From Candidatus Melainabacteria bacterium 17Bon1m (lineage in GTDB: Bacteria; Cyanobacteriota; Vampirovibrionia; Obscuribacterales; Obscuribacteraceae), in assembly GCA_032128875.1 (NCBI GenBank), contig JAVLKG010000005.1, positions 64,001 to 128,000 of the forward strand: a DNA stretch of 64,000 nucleotides, in the 5' to 3' direction. The translations under genes and the position numbers were made by a program. Shown piece by piece: positions 10,004-19,034 of this stretch; positions within the stretch are counted from its first letter, which is position 1; each line of letters begins with the position of its first letter. The notes beneath the pieces are model-generated. The model was given only the letters and a program-made list of their open reading frames with translations. It was not told the origin of the DNA and searched no databases.

Positions 10004-11143
10004 ATGTGGATAATCAACCGTGAGGTGCGCCGACTCGTCGCGCGTATCGAGAGTTTTTCGTATGGGACGAATGGTGGAAACGAGCTCGATGACCTGCTGG
10101 TGCAGCTCGTCAGCTTGCTGCAGAAGCGCTGCGCGCACCCGAAGGTGGTCGCACGCTACGAGAGCTACCGCACGTTGGAGTCTGACCTCCGTCCGATGCC
10201 GGTCGATGCCGAGGGCTATGTCATCGGATACGACCCGCTCTCGCAAGAGAAAGAGTTCGTCGAGTGCTGGCAGAAGTACGGCATCGTCGTCGGACTCAAC
10301 GTCGTTTCGCCCCAACTGGCCGCCGCCACCATCCGCCGCATGGGCGAGTTGATGCTCGGTGCCAGCGACGGCAAGTGCGACCTCAATCGCCCCGAGACCT
10401 GGTCGGACATGCCCGCGGACAGCGCTGGTGTGCCGATTGCGACGCGCGGATTCTTCGAGGTCTACCACGACGACGCGATTGCCCAGCTGCGGCAGTCTGT
10501 TCGCGTCTACCTGCACTACGTCCTCATCTGGGGGCGTGCTGACCTCTGGACGACCTTCGACAGGCTCGGGCTCAAGCTGCCCGGTCACGAAGAGTCGAAG
10601 GCACTGCCGCTGCACGTGGACCAAAATCCCAACGTGCATCCGGACTTCCGCACCGTTCAGGGTGTTCTCGCCCTCGACGACTGCCCGGCAGAACGCGGCA
10701 CCTTTGTCGGTGTCGCTGGCTCGCGGGCTGTGTTTCCGATGTATGCGGAGATGGCGAAGAACGGCGGCGAGTACGTGGAGATGGACAGCAGCAACCCGCG
10801 GACGCTGCCGGTCCAAGACCGCGCGCAGAAGTTTCCGCTGCGCCGGGGCAGCCTGGTCAGCTGGGACAGCCGGACGACCCACGCCAACAGCGCCAATGTC
10901 TCGGACAAGACGCGCTACGTGGCTTACATCTCCTACGGCGTCAGCCGGCAGGACGACCCCGAAGCGCTCGCCTGGCGCGTCGACGGCTTCATGTCGGGTC
11001 TCGGCATGAACAAGCGCGACTCGTACATGCACGCGTCCAAGAAACCACGCTTCACGAATCAGCCGCTCATGGCTGGTCTGCGCAAGCGCGAACAACTCAC
11101 CGCACTGGGGAGACTCATCTATGGCATGCAGAGATATGAATAA
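10004..11143 (+). CDS. Phytanoyl-CoA dioxygenase (PhyH)-family Fe(II)/2-oxoglutarate oxygenase
   Basis: LHVDQ (HxD), VQGVLAL, GSLVSWDSRTTHAN (distal His), R-Y-V-A-Y; GGAG RBS before ATG 10004. Confidence 0.85.
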   Translation: MWIINREVRRLVARIESFSYGTNGGNELDDLLVQLVSLLQKRCAHPKVVARYESYRTLESDLRPMPVDAEGYVIGYDPLSQEKEFVECWQKYGIVVGLNVVSPQLAAATIRRMGELMLGASDGKCDLNRPETWSDMPADSAGVPIATRGFFEVYHDDAIAQLRQSVRVYLHYVLIWGRADLWTTFDRLGLKLPGHEESKALPLHVDQNPNVHPDFRTVQGVLALDDCPAERGTFVGVAGSRAVFPMYAEMAKNGGEYVEMDSSNPRTLPVQDRAQKFPLRRGSLVSWDSRTTHANSANVSDKTRYVAYISYGVSRQDDPEALAWRVDGFMSGLGMNKRDSYMHASKKPRFTNQPLMAGLRKREQLTALGRLIYGMQRYE

Positions 11144-12374
11144 ACTGCGGGCACTGCTCAACGCAGAGCCTTTTGGATTCGGTCCGACCGCCGCCATCGC
11201 TGACTGCTTCCCGTTCTTGCGGGAGGTCTTCGGCACTGTCGGTTATGTCGGCGTCGGCTTCACGCTCGACCTGCAGCGCCCCCTGCCGTACGACGCGATG
11301 CACGACATTACGGGCGTTCCTCCTGAGTTGCAGGATGCTGTCTTGGCGGAAATCTTCGCGCAGTACGACGTGTTCGTCACGGCGCTGGATTTCGGCATGG
11401 CCGAGAAAGCACGCGCTGCCGGGCTGAAAGTCGTCATCTACGACCCGCTGACCTGGTATTGGAAGTCGATACCGCCGGTGGTGAAGGATGCCGACCTGTA
11501 TATCGCTCAGGACTTCTTCGGAGTCCGCGAGCGCATGCAGGCTCAGCCGGACGTCTTCAACGCGAAGAACATCCGCGTTGTGCCGCCGATCATCGGCGAC
11601 GTCGGGCACGCATCTGGCGAGCGCGACACCGTGCTGCTCAATTTGGGCGGGTTGAACAACCCGTTCTGGAGCGCGGAAGGAACGCTCGCGTACGCGCGCT
11701 TTATCGTGGAGGCGTTCTCCAGGGTGGCGACGAATGTCGACATCGTCATCACCGCCAACAAGTGCATCGCAGCGAACGCGCGCATCGCTGAGGAACTCGC
11801 CGAGTTCGGTGTGAAGAACCTCAGCCGCTCTGAGATGCAGGAAGTGCTGAAGGGTGCGAAGTTCGCACTCATGACGCCTGGGCTGGGCAACGTTTACGAC
11901 GCGGCTCGCTTCGATATTCCCACCATCTGGTTGCCGCCTGCCAACGACAGTCAGGGGCAGCAGCTCCTGATGCTGATCGACCACGGAATGGTGGACGGTT
12001 TCGTCGACTGGCACCACTTGCTCGACCGCCAGCCGATCGACTACGACGCGGAGCAGACGCAGGTCCTGAAGAAGGTCTCCAGCGCTGTGACGCGTGCGTG
12101 CAGTCTCGGTTCGGCGAAGAGCAAGCTGGAAAAGCGGCTGACTGCCTGCATCACGGCGATATCCGAGGCGAACCAGTGGCGCCTCGATACGCGGCGCAGT
12201 TCGCGGCAGCTGCCGAAAGCAGCTTCGCACACGGCGCAACTGGTTGACCGGTTCGGTGCAGGCGGCGCCCGCGAAGTGGGTCGCCTCGTTGCCGAGCTGG
12301 TGTCTGAGATGAACATCACTTCAAACACGGGCGCGCACGAAGATGGGTGTCCGACAAAAGGAGGAGCGTCATGA
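11136..12374 (+). CDS. GT-B glycosyltransferase resembling cytosylglucuronate (CGA) synthase-like proteins
   Basis: FGFGP, LLNLGGL, MTPGLGNVYDA and PTIWLPPANDSQ motifs; start overlaps the PhyH stop. Confidence 0.6.
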   Translation: MNKLRALLNAEPFGFGPTAAIADCFPFLREVFGTVGYVGVGFTLDLQRPLPYDAMHDITGVPPELQDAVLAEIFAQYDVFVTALDFGMAEKARAAGLKVVIYDPLTWYWKSIPPVVKDADLYIAQDFFGVRERMQAQPDVFNAKNIRVVPPIIGDVGHASGERDTVLLNLGGLNNPFWSAEGTLAYARFIVEAFSRVATNVDIVITANKCIAANARIAEELAEFGVKNLSRSEMQEVLKGAKFALMTPGLGNVYDAARFDIPTIWLPPANDSQGQQLLMLIDHGMVDGFVDWHHLLDRQPIDYDAEQTQVLKKVSSAVTRACSLGSAKSKLEKRLTACITAISEANQWRLDTRRSSRQLPKAASHTAQLVDRFGAGGAREVGRLVAELVSEMNITSNTGAHEDGCPTKGGAS

Positions 12375-13357
12375 CTAAGCATAGCTACAGTCTGTATCTG
12401 CCCGGCGCGCTGCTGATGCGAGTCGAAACGCCGGTGCCCGCCTTCGGGACGGGAGGACAGATTCCGGAAGAAGTTCGTGTGCTGACCGAAGCGTATCTGC
12501 CGGGCGCCGAATTCGTCGGCGTCTGCGCGGTGCGCGGCGGGCTGCATGTGTCGACCGAGGAGCCGACCCTCACGGTCCGCTTCGAGGAAAGCAGCACCTG
12601 CAGTCTTTCGGTGAAGGGTGGCGAATATGTTCTGCGCGACACCTGGAAGGGTGAAGCGTCGCTGATGGACCTGCTCTTCCTCTGCTACGGCGCGGCTCGC
12701 CGTGCCTGGCTGAAGCGCGGGCTCTATCCCGTTCATGCTGCGGCGCTCTCCCTGGGCGATGGCGGCGTCACGCTCCTGGTCGGTCATTCCGGCTCGGGCA
12801 AGACGTCCGTCACTCTCTCGGCTGTGTCGCGTGGACACAAGGTTTTCTCCGGCAACAAGACACTGGTGAGAATCGACACTGTCGGCGAGCGCACTGTTCT
12901 TACCGCCATCGCCGGCACTCGATCCATGACGGCAAAGGCGGAAGATGTCGCCAAGCATCTGGAACTCGGCACGTTCAATGCAGGCTACCAGGGGCGCTCC
13001 GCGTTCTATCTCGCGCGCGAGCACTACGCTGCTACCGCACCGTCAGTGGTGCACAGCATCATTCTGCCCCGCCTCAATGACGGTGTGCAGAAGTGCAAGC
13101 GCATGAGCCCGGTCTCGGCGGTGCACAAGCTCTACCCGTACTTCCTCGACACGGTCAACGCCGATATCGTTCTTGCCGGCGGCAAGGCGGTGCTCTCCGG
13201 TGAACCGCGCAAGGGCGTGCGTGAATCGCTGGCTGCCGGACTCGCGGCGGCTTTCGATGTGGATGCTGCCAGTGGCGGCATGCAGTCTGCCATCTCCGTC
13301 ATGGAGGTGGAAGGCTCGATGGACTTCATCAATCGCACTCTGGACGGCAAGCGCTGA
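12371..13357 (+). CDS. HPr-kinase-related P-loop protein
   Basis: VHAAAL..GVTLLVGHSGSGKTS pattern; ATGA overlap with the previous gene; GGAGGAG RBS. Confidence 0.65.
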   Translation: MTKHSYSLYLPGALLMRVETPVPAFGTGGQIPEEVRVLTEAYLPGAEFVGVCAVRGGLHVSTEEPTLTVRFEESSTCSLSVKGGEYVLRDTWKGEASLMDLLFLCYGAARRAWLKRGLYPVHAAALSLGDGGVTLLVGHSGSGKTSVTLSAVSRGHKVFSGNKTLVRIDTVGERTVLTAIAGTRSMTAKAEDVAKHLELGTFNAGYQGRSAFYLAREHYAATAPSVVHSIILPRLNDGVQKCKRMSPVSAVHKLYPYFLDTVNADIVLAGGKAVLSGEPRKGVRESLAAGLAAAFDVDAASGGMQSAISVMEVEGSMDFINRTLDGKR

Positions 13358-13462
13358 CGAAGCGACTGCCGCCGGGGAGCGCATCCAAATGTACGCGCAT
13401 CTGTCGATGCGCTCCCTGAAGGTACGCACTTAGTGCGCGCCTTGCTATAAATGGAGACCAAA

Positions 13463-14611
13463 ATGCACAAAGCAAAAATTCTCTACGGAGTGTGCGGCAT
13501 AGGTATGGGTCACACCTACCGACAGCTCCCGCTCCTCGATAACCTGGCGGCAGAAGCGCAAATCGTCATGTTCGTCTACGGCGAGAGTCTGGACTTCTAC
13601 GGCAAACACTTCGCGGGCAACGCGAACGTGACCGTGGTGCCGGTGTCGGTTCCCTTCTATGTCGGTGACAAGAAGGGGCTCGACTTCGCCGAGACGGCGC
13701 GCCGCATCGCAGCCGACAAGGCTCGCGGAGTGGACCACGACGCCATCAACCTCGCCGCCATGGCGACTGCGCAACGCCTCTTCGGCGGTGACGGAAAGCC
13801 TGACTTGGTCGTCTCCGACTACTGTCCGGTGTCGGCGCAGTACGCTTACGCACACGGTGCGCCGCTCGTAACCATCGACCAGCAGAGCAAGTATCTCGCC
13901 GGCGACTACACAGAGGAGCTGGGCGGGACGACTTGCCTGGATGAAGTGGCGCGGTTGCGTCTCTTCTTCCCGCGGGCTGAAGCGCGCATCGCTTGCAGCT
14001 TCTTCGAGGTGGAACGCAATCCCGACGCTCGGGAACGAGTGCTCATCGTGCCGCCCTGCATCAAGCCGGCGATTGTCGACTTGAAGAAGCGACGGCGCAA
14101 GAAGGCGTTGACCAATTCGGTGCTGGTGTACATCTCTTCGCAGCGCGACTTCGTTCAACCACTCGATGAAGTGCTGCAGGTGCTCTCTAAGGCGCCGGAG
14201 TTCAAGTTCACCGTCTTCGTAAAAGAGCTGCCGGAAGCGCTCGCCGCCGCCGCGCCCGCCAATGTCAAATTGCGCAGGCACGGTGATCCGCGCTTCCTCG
14301 ACCACCTCGCCGAGTGCAAGGCTGTCATCTCCACCGGCGGTCACTCGCTGGTTTCGGAGGTGATGTACCTGGGCATCCCGGCGTACTTGATTCCGTTGGC
14401 TGTCTACGAGCAGCAGGTCAACTCGCATGTCGTGGGACGCAATGGTTTCGGCGTTTGCGCCGAGAGCCTGAACGTCGCCGAACTGCGGTGTTTCCTCGCC
14501 AATCTGGACGGCTACGCCGAGAACATTCGCAAGGACCGTGAGGTTCTGGTGCGTGGCTCGGGTGAGCGGAAGATCCTCAATATTCTGAAACGGCGTTTTC
14601 TGGCGCGCTGA
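13463..14611 (+). CDS. GT-B glycosyltransferase (MJ1255-like/GT28-related)
   Basis: KILYGVCGIGMGH, PDLVVSDY, ISTGGHSLVSEVMYLGIP and YEQ motifs. Confidence 0.85.
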   Translation: MHKAKILYGVCGIGMGHTYRQLPLLDNLAAEAQIVMFVYGESLDFYGKHFAGNANVTVVPVSVPFYVGDKKGLDFAETARRIAADKARGVDHDAINLAAMATAQRLFGGDGKPDLVVSDYCPVSAQYAYAHGAPLVTIDQQSKYLAGDYTEELGGTTCLDEVARLRLFFPRAEARIACSFFEVERNPDARERVLIVPPCIKPAIVDLKKRRRKKALTNSVLVYISSQRDFVQPLDEVLQVLSKAPEFKFTVFVKELPEALAAAAPANVKLRRHGDPRFLDHLAECKAVISTGGHSLVSEVMYLGIPAYLIPLAVYEQQVNSHVVGRNGFGVCAESLNVAELRCFLANLDGYAENIRKDREVLVRGSGERKILNILKRRFLAR

Positions 14612-14660
14612 CGAAAGTCAGTTCGCCGGGGCGCCTGCCTCAAATGCAGAGAGGAAGAAT

Positions 14661-15665
14661 ATGGCTGAAACAAAAACAATTCGAGTCGGGTTGATCGGAC
14701 CCGGCGCGATTGCTGATGAACGGCTGATACCAGCGCTCTCGACCATCGAGGGCGCTGTCTTCTGGAGCGTGCTCGGGCGCGACCAGTCGAAGGCGGAGAA
14801 ATTCGCCGAGAAGCATGGAGCAAAGGCGCCGCAAGCCGCCTTCAGCGACATGGCTGTGTTTCTCGCCGACTCCGAATTGGACGCGGTGATCATCGCGTCG
14901 CCCGACAAGTTGCACGCCGAGCAAGCCATCGCCTGCGCCAAGGCCGGCAAGCACGTCTTCGTCGAGAAGCCGCTTGCCACCAACTCCGTGGACGCGCGCG
15001 CGATTGTCGAAGCGTGCAATGCGGCGAAGGTGAAGCTGACGGTCGGCTATCACCTGCGGTATCACGCTGGGCATCGCAAGGTGCTCACGCTGCTCGGCGA
15101 TGCTGCGACCAGCCCCATCGGTGCCATCCGGCACATCAACGTGAGCTGGACTTTGCAGTCGAAGGTCGCCGACTGGCGCGCCGACGACAAGCTCGGTCAG
15201 TGGTGGAGCCTGGCGGCGCTCGGCACGCACAGCCTCGACCTCGTCACGTGGTTGCTCAAGGGCGCCGGGGGAACGTGCGAAGCGCGCTCCCATCAAAAAA
15301 TAAAGGAGACGAGCTGCGTCGTTTCGAGCCCGGTCTTCGGCTCCGCGCATGACGAAACCTCGCTCGTGGGGCTGCTCTTCGAATCGGGCGTCACTGCTCA
15401 GATTCTCTCCAGCGTCATCATGCGGGCGCCGCGTGTTGTCGAAATCTTCGGCAGCAAGGGTGCAATTCGCTGTGTGGAAACCCTCGGTCCACGCGGCACG
15501 GGCACCATCACCGTCAACGGCGAAGAACTGAAATTCGTCCCCGTCGATCCGTACGCCGGCGAGTTGAAAGACTTCGTCGTATCCGTCCTTTCCAACCAGG
15601 AACCTTCCGTGACCGGTGCCGAAGGTGTCGCCAACGTGGAGCTACTGGAGCGCGTGAGTCAATAG
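14661..15665 (+). CDS. Gfo/Idh/MocA-family NAD(P)-dependent oxidoreductase
   Basis: GLIGPGAIA Rossmann motif, DAVIIASP, AGKHVFVEKP, GTHSLD. Confidence 0.92.
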   Translation: MAETKTIRVGLIGPGAIADERLIPALSTIEGAVFWSVLGRDQSKAEKFAEKHGAKAPQAAFSDMAVFLADSELDAVIIASPDKLHAEQAIACAKAGKHVFVEKPLATNSVDARAIVEACNAAKVKLTVGYHLRYHAGHRKVLTLLGDAATSPIGAIRHINVSWTLQSKVADWRADDKLGQWWSLAALGTHSLDLVTWLLKGAGGTCEARSHQKIKETSCVVSSPVFGSAHDETSLVGLLFESGVTAQILSSVIMRAPRVVEIFGSKGAIRCVETLGPRGTGTITVNGEELKFVPVDPYAGELKDFVVSVLSNQEPSVTGAEGVANVELLERVSQ

Positions 15666-15715
15666 GTCGTTCGCGAACTAGGCACTATATATGGTGCCGC
15701 AAGGAGATACTCCAT

Positions 15716-16696
15716 ATGGACGAAAAGTCAACTGGACAAGCCGCCTATCGCGGCAAGCATTTCACCATTCCACCCTTCTCCAAGCGCGGAGGGTTGCGGT
15801 TCTACGGCAACGCCAAGAGCAATCTGGTGCCCATCGACCGCAATGATCCGATCATCGCCACGCTCAATCAGCCGTTCGACCTGGCGCACTTCAAGACCGC
15901 GCGCAAGCCGCTCTCGCTCGGGTTTCTCTCCCCCGAGGAGATGGCGATTCTCGCCAACCCGCAGCCCGGTGTCCCCCGTACTCTCGATCTGCCGATCAAG
16001 TTTCCGGGCTCCGACTACCGCCTGCCGCGGGCGCTGCGCTGCTACTGGCCTATCATCAAGCGCGCCGCCGACTTCGAGGCCGCCATCAACGGCAAGTGCC
16101 TGGACGAGTACTACTGCTACCTGACCATCGACTGCGGATGGGTGGAGCCGGGTATTCTCCAGCGTGAGGCACCCTGCCACGTGGACGGCTTCCAGGGCGC
16201 GCGCTGGCGTCCGAAGGTGCGCGGCAACCACAGCTACACGGTATCGAATGCGGTGCCGACCGCGTACTACCTCCAGCCCTTCGACTTCGATGCGCTGGAC
16301 GAAGCAGTGCACAACTTCTTCTGGGAGATGAATTACCAGGTTGCTCAGACCAACTCTCAGTTCGAATGGCAGCCTGGTGCCGGCGAGATGACGTTGATGG
16401 ACTGCTACTGCGTTCACCGCGGCACGCCAGCCCCGGTGCGCGTCTTCCGGACGTTCGTGCGCATCTCTTTCGAGGCGCGCATCTTCGACCGGCTCGGCAA
16501 TGCTCACAACCCGCTCTTCGCCTACGACTGGCCAATGGTGAAGCGCGATATCGAAGACCTCAATCTCGTTGCCTTCCATGCCGACAGCGACCCCTCGCTG
16601 CGCGTCTTCCCGCACGAGAAGGTCGACGGCAGTCCACAGGAAGGCCGCAACAAGACACAACCCAACCTCCGCCCCGGCGACTTCGACAAGAAGTAA
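15716..16696 (+). CDS. Putative 2OG/Fe(II)-type double-stranded beta-helix oxygenase
   Basis: YCYLTID..QREAPCHVDG (HxD), MDCYCVHRG (distal His), RTFVRISF; AAGGAG RBS. Confidence 0.55.
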   Translation: MDEKSTGQAAYRGKHFTIPPFSKRGGLRFYGNAKSNLVPIDRNDPIIATLNQPFDLAHFKTARKPLSLGFLSPEEMAILANPQPGVPRTLDLPIKFPGSDYRLPRALRCYWPIIKRAADFEAAINGKCLDEYYCYLTIDCGWVEPGILQREAPCHVDGFQGARWRPKVRGNHSYTVSNAVPTAYYLQPFDFDALDEAVHNFFWEMNYQVAQTNSQFEWQPGAGEMTLMDCYCVHRGTPAPVRVFRTFVRISFEARIFDRLGNAHNPLFAYDWPMVKRDIEDLNLVAFHADSDPSLRVFPHEKVDGSPQEGRNKTQPNLRPGDFDKK

Positions 16697-16716
16697 TCGC
16701 CGGCGTCGGCTTTTCT

Positions 16717-16746
16717 ACTGACTGACTGACTGACTGACTGACTGAC
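16717..16746. repeat. (ACTG)7.5 tetranucleotide microsatellite
   Basis: ACTGACTG... over 30 nt. Confidence 0.95.
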
Positions 16747-16759
16747 CGCGAGGTCTATG

Positions 16760-16812
16760 AGAAACGAGCAGAAGACCGGCTTAACAACCTGGTTTTCTGA
16801 CTCGTTTTCTTG
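16760..16812 (+). terminator. Probable intrinsic terminator of the 10004-16696 operon
   Basis: AGAAACGAG-CAGAAGACC...GGTTTTCTG-A-CTCGTTTTCT imperfect stem with a T-rich 3' end. Confidence 0.6.
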
Positions 16813-16905
16813 AACTTGCAGATACTAAAGAAGGTAGTAAGTATAAGGTATCACATATAGTGGCGCAAGCATTTTAATCAACCTGTTTGTTCTCATTTTC
16901 TGTGT

Positions 16906-17790
16906 ATGATTTCAACAGGCGACCCAATTATTGCCGGCAGTTTTAAACCGACTACATATCGTTTGATGTCTCATGGTTTACCAACTCGATTAGCCGTATG
17001 CCTAACACTGGCATTAGGCTGCCTGCTGACCTCGATTTCTGTTGAGGCGGCTGACACAGGCGCGAGCGTCGGAAAGAACAACAGTAAAACCGGTGCGAAG
17101 AACGTTGGGATAAATAGTGGCAGAATCACTAGGCAGAAGACAGTTTGGGTAATCGACCAACGGCATCACTCGAGCGGCAATCTGACTTTGTACTTCACCC
17201 CCAATGAATTGAGAATCGACAAAAAGAATTTCGGCTATTTCATTGTTGCTAAGGCACCCGATTGGAAAGTCTATTGCTTCAGAAACGACGACAAAGTCAT
17301 CTGCAAACTGAGCAACCCGGCTTATTTGGCGGAGCAAGGTTTTCGCGTCGGTGGACCTAGAGTCGAAGAATTTCCGAAAGTTGGCGATGAGTTTATCGGG
17401 ATTATCAAAACAAAGAAATACAATTTACAGACTCATGATGACTGGGTTGGCAGCTTTCCCGGTATCCCGTCGGAAATCTACGATCTGATCAATGCTACGG
17501 CGTTTTATCAAACGGAGCCTGCAGATGGAGTGGTGCTAAAGTCATTCAAACATCCGTCATTGAAATCGAGAAAGCGGGCGCGCTTGCTTTCTCTTGATTC
17601 TGAGAACGTTACGGGCATCAGAATTGAGACGATCAAAATAACCAAAGTGCCGTATAAGCCATCTTATTTCAGTGTTCCATCTAACTTTCGCCCTACGAAA
17701 TTTAGAGTAGTTCTATCCTCTGTTGAAAACAGACGCGAAGCGGATTCGATCATTGAACAAATGGGGCTTGGTGAAAAGCTTGGCAAGTAG
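16906..17790 (+). CDS. Secreted hypothetical protein (paralog A)
   Basis: Signal-like segment; shares APDW, DDKV.C.L and C-terminal R.EA.SI...MG.G..LGK with the next gene; start uncertain. Confidence 0.7.
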   Translation: MISTGDPIIAGSFKPTTYRLMSHGLPTRLAVCLTLALGCLLTSISVEAADTGASVGKNNSKTGAKNVGINSGRITRQKTVWVIDQRHHSSGNLTLYFTPNELRIDKKNFGYFIVAKAPDWKVYCFRNDDKVICKLSNPAYLAEQGFRVGGPRVEEFPKVGDEFIGIIKTKKYNLQTHDDWVGSFPGIPSEIYDLINATAFYQTEPADGVVLKSFKHPSLKSRKRARLLSLDSENVTGIRIETIKITKVPYKPSYFSVPSNFRPTKFRVVLSSVENRREADSIIEQMGLGEKLGK

Positions 17791-17900
17791 GACTACTGTC
17801 AGTGAGCGCTCCGTTGTGACTCCGGTTCTCGCCTTTCTTAAGGTGTTAATATCCTTTTCGCTAAAGGCATAAACAAATAGTTGTCGTATTTGAGTGTTAG

Positions 17901-18644
17901 GTGTCCCGCGTGAATCGCTATTCTTTATTTGTGCTTGCCGCTGCAACAGTGCTGTCAAATCCTGTGATTGCAGCGGAAGTGCCCGCCTGGAAAATGGTGC
18001 AGAAGGAAAAGTCTCTTGGTGTGCAGGCAATAAATTTCTGTCCGAAGGCAGTGAAGATTGTCGATAAAGCTCGTGGCTTTACCCTGGTGTCGTCTGCTCC
18101 GGATTGGGATGTGATTTTGTATCGCAGTGATGACAAAGTATTTTGCAGGCTGACGAAAAATCAATATTACGGTCAGCAAGCTTTCAAGGTGAAACACGGT
18201 CACACACCTGGAAAAGTGCTAAAGACCTACACTTTCGGGCCAGTAACAGCGCCGATGTACTACGGGCCTTACCACAACGATGTGATCAAGCGCTTTGATA
18301 ACGTGCCGATAGAAGTCGAAGATCTTATTTCAGCTTTCTACAAATCTAATTCCATCGATGGAATATTGCTGAGATCAGTCTCAAATTCGATGTCCAGGTC
18401 GAAGACGGATTCGTCTGTATTTATGCCTGTAGATATGAATCCGACCGGCGTCCTTCGAGAGACGCTCTCCTTGAGTCAGGTTGCATACAATCCTTCCGAT
18501 TTCAAAGTTCCAACGGGTTACCGCAAGGTCAACACCATAAAGGAAATTGCAACCGGCAAATCAAAACGAAAAGAAGCAGAGTCGATTTTCTTGGAGATGG
18601 GAATTGGCGATGATCTGGGAAAAGAGAAGTCCAAAGCGCACTGA
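17901..18644 (+). CDS. Secreted hypothetical protein (paralog B)
   Basis: Signal peptide; motifs shared with 16906-17790. Confidence 0.7.
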   Translation: MSRVNRYSLFVLAAATVLSNPVIAAEVPAWKMVQKEKSLGVQAINFCPKAVKIVDKARGFTLVSSAPDWDVILYRSDDKVFCRLTKNQYYGQQAFKVKHGHTPGKVLKTYTFGPVTAPMYYGPYHNDVIKRFDNVPIEVEDLISAFYKSNSIDGILLRSVSNSMSRSKTDSSVFMPVDMNPTGVLRETLSLSQVAYNPSDFKVPTGYRKVNTIKEIATGKSKRKEAESIFLEMGIGDDLGKEKSKAH

Positions 18645-19034
18645 CAGCGAAAACTTTTAAGCGGATTAATTACACAGACTTGAAGCGGATTAGTGGCGGC
18701 GTCGCACTTGGCTAGCCCGGCTTACTCAGGTCGATCTCGTCTATGAGCGCTTTCTTCCTTCATCTGACGCGATCGCATTATGCGATGTATGTCGACTAAA
18801 AACACGCGCCCTTTTAGCGTAAGGTCATTGTGACCAATTTTGAAGTGCGAATGTCAACTTGTATGAAACCTTGAGCTTGGGTCACTTTAAGCGCTTAGTT
18901 ATTAGTTCTCCCATTTCACTTTTCGAGAAAAACAAAGGCATCCCAAACCAACCGTCCATACCCCCTTCGTCCCTAGAAACCTCCGCACCGTGTTGCTTCC
19001 AGCAATACGACGTTTTCCCTTGAAAGGAAACAAC

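Noticed and set aside
16769..16785. CAGAAGACCGGCTTAAC resembling the 3' end of RNase P RNA
   Set aside because: No upstream GAGGAAAGTCC partner, upstream DNA is coding, and it is one arm of a terminator hairpin
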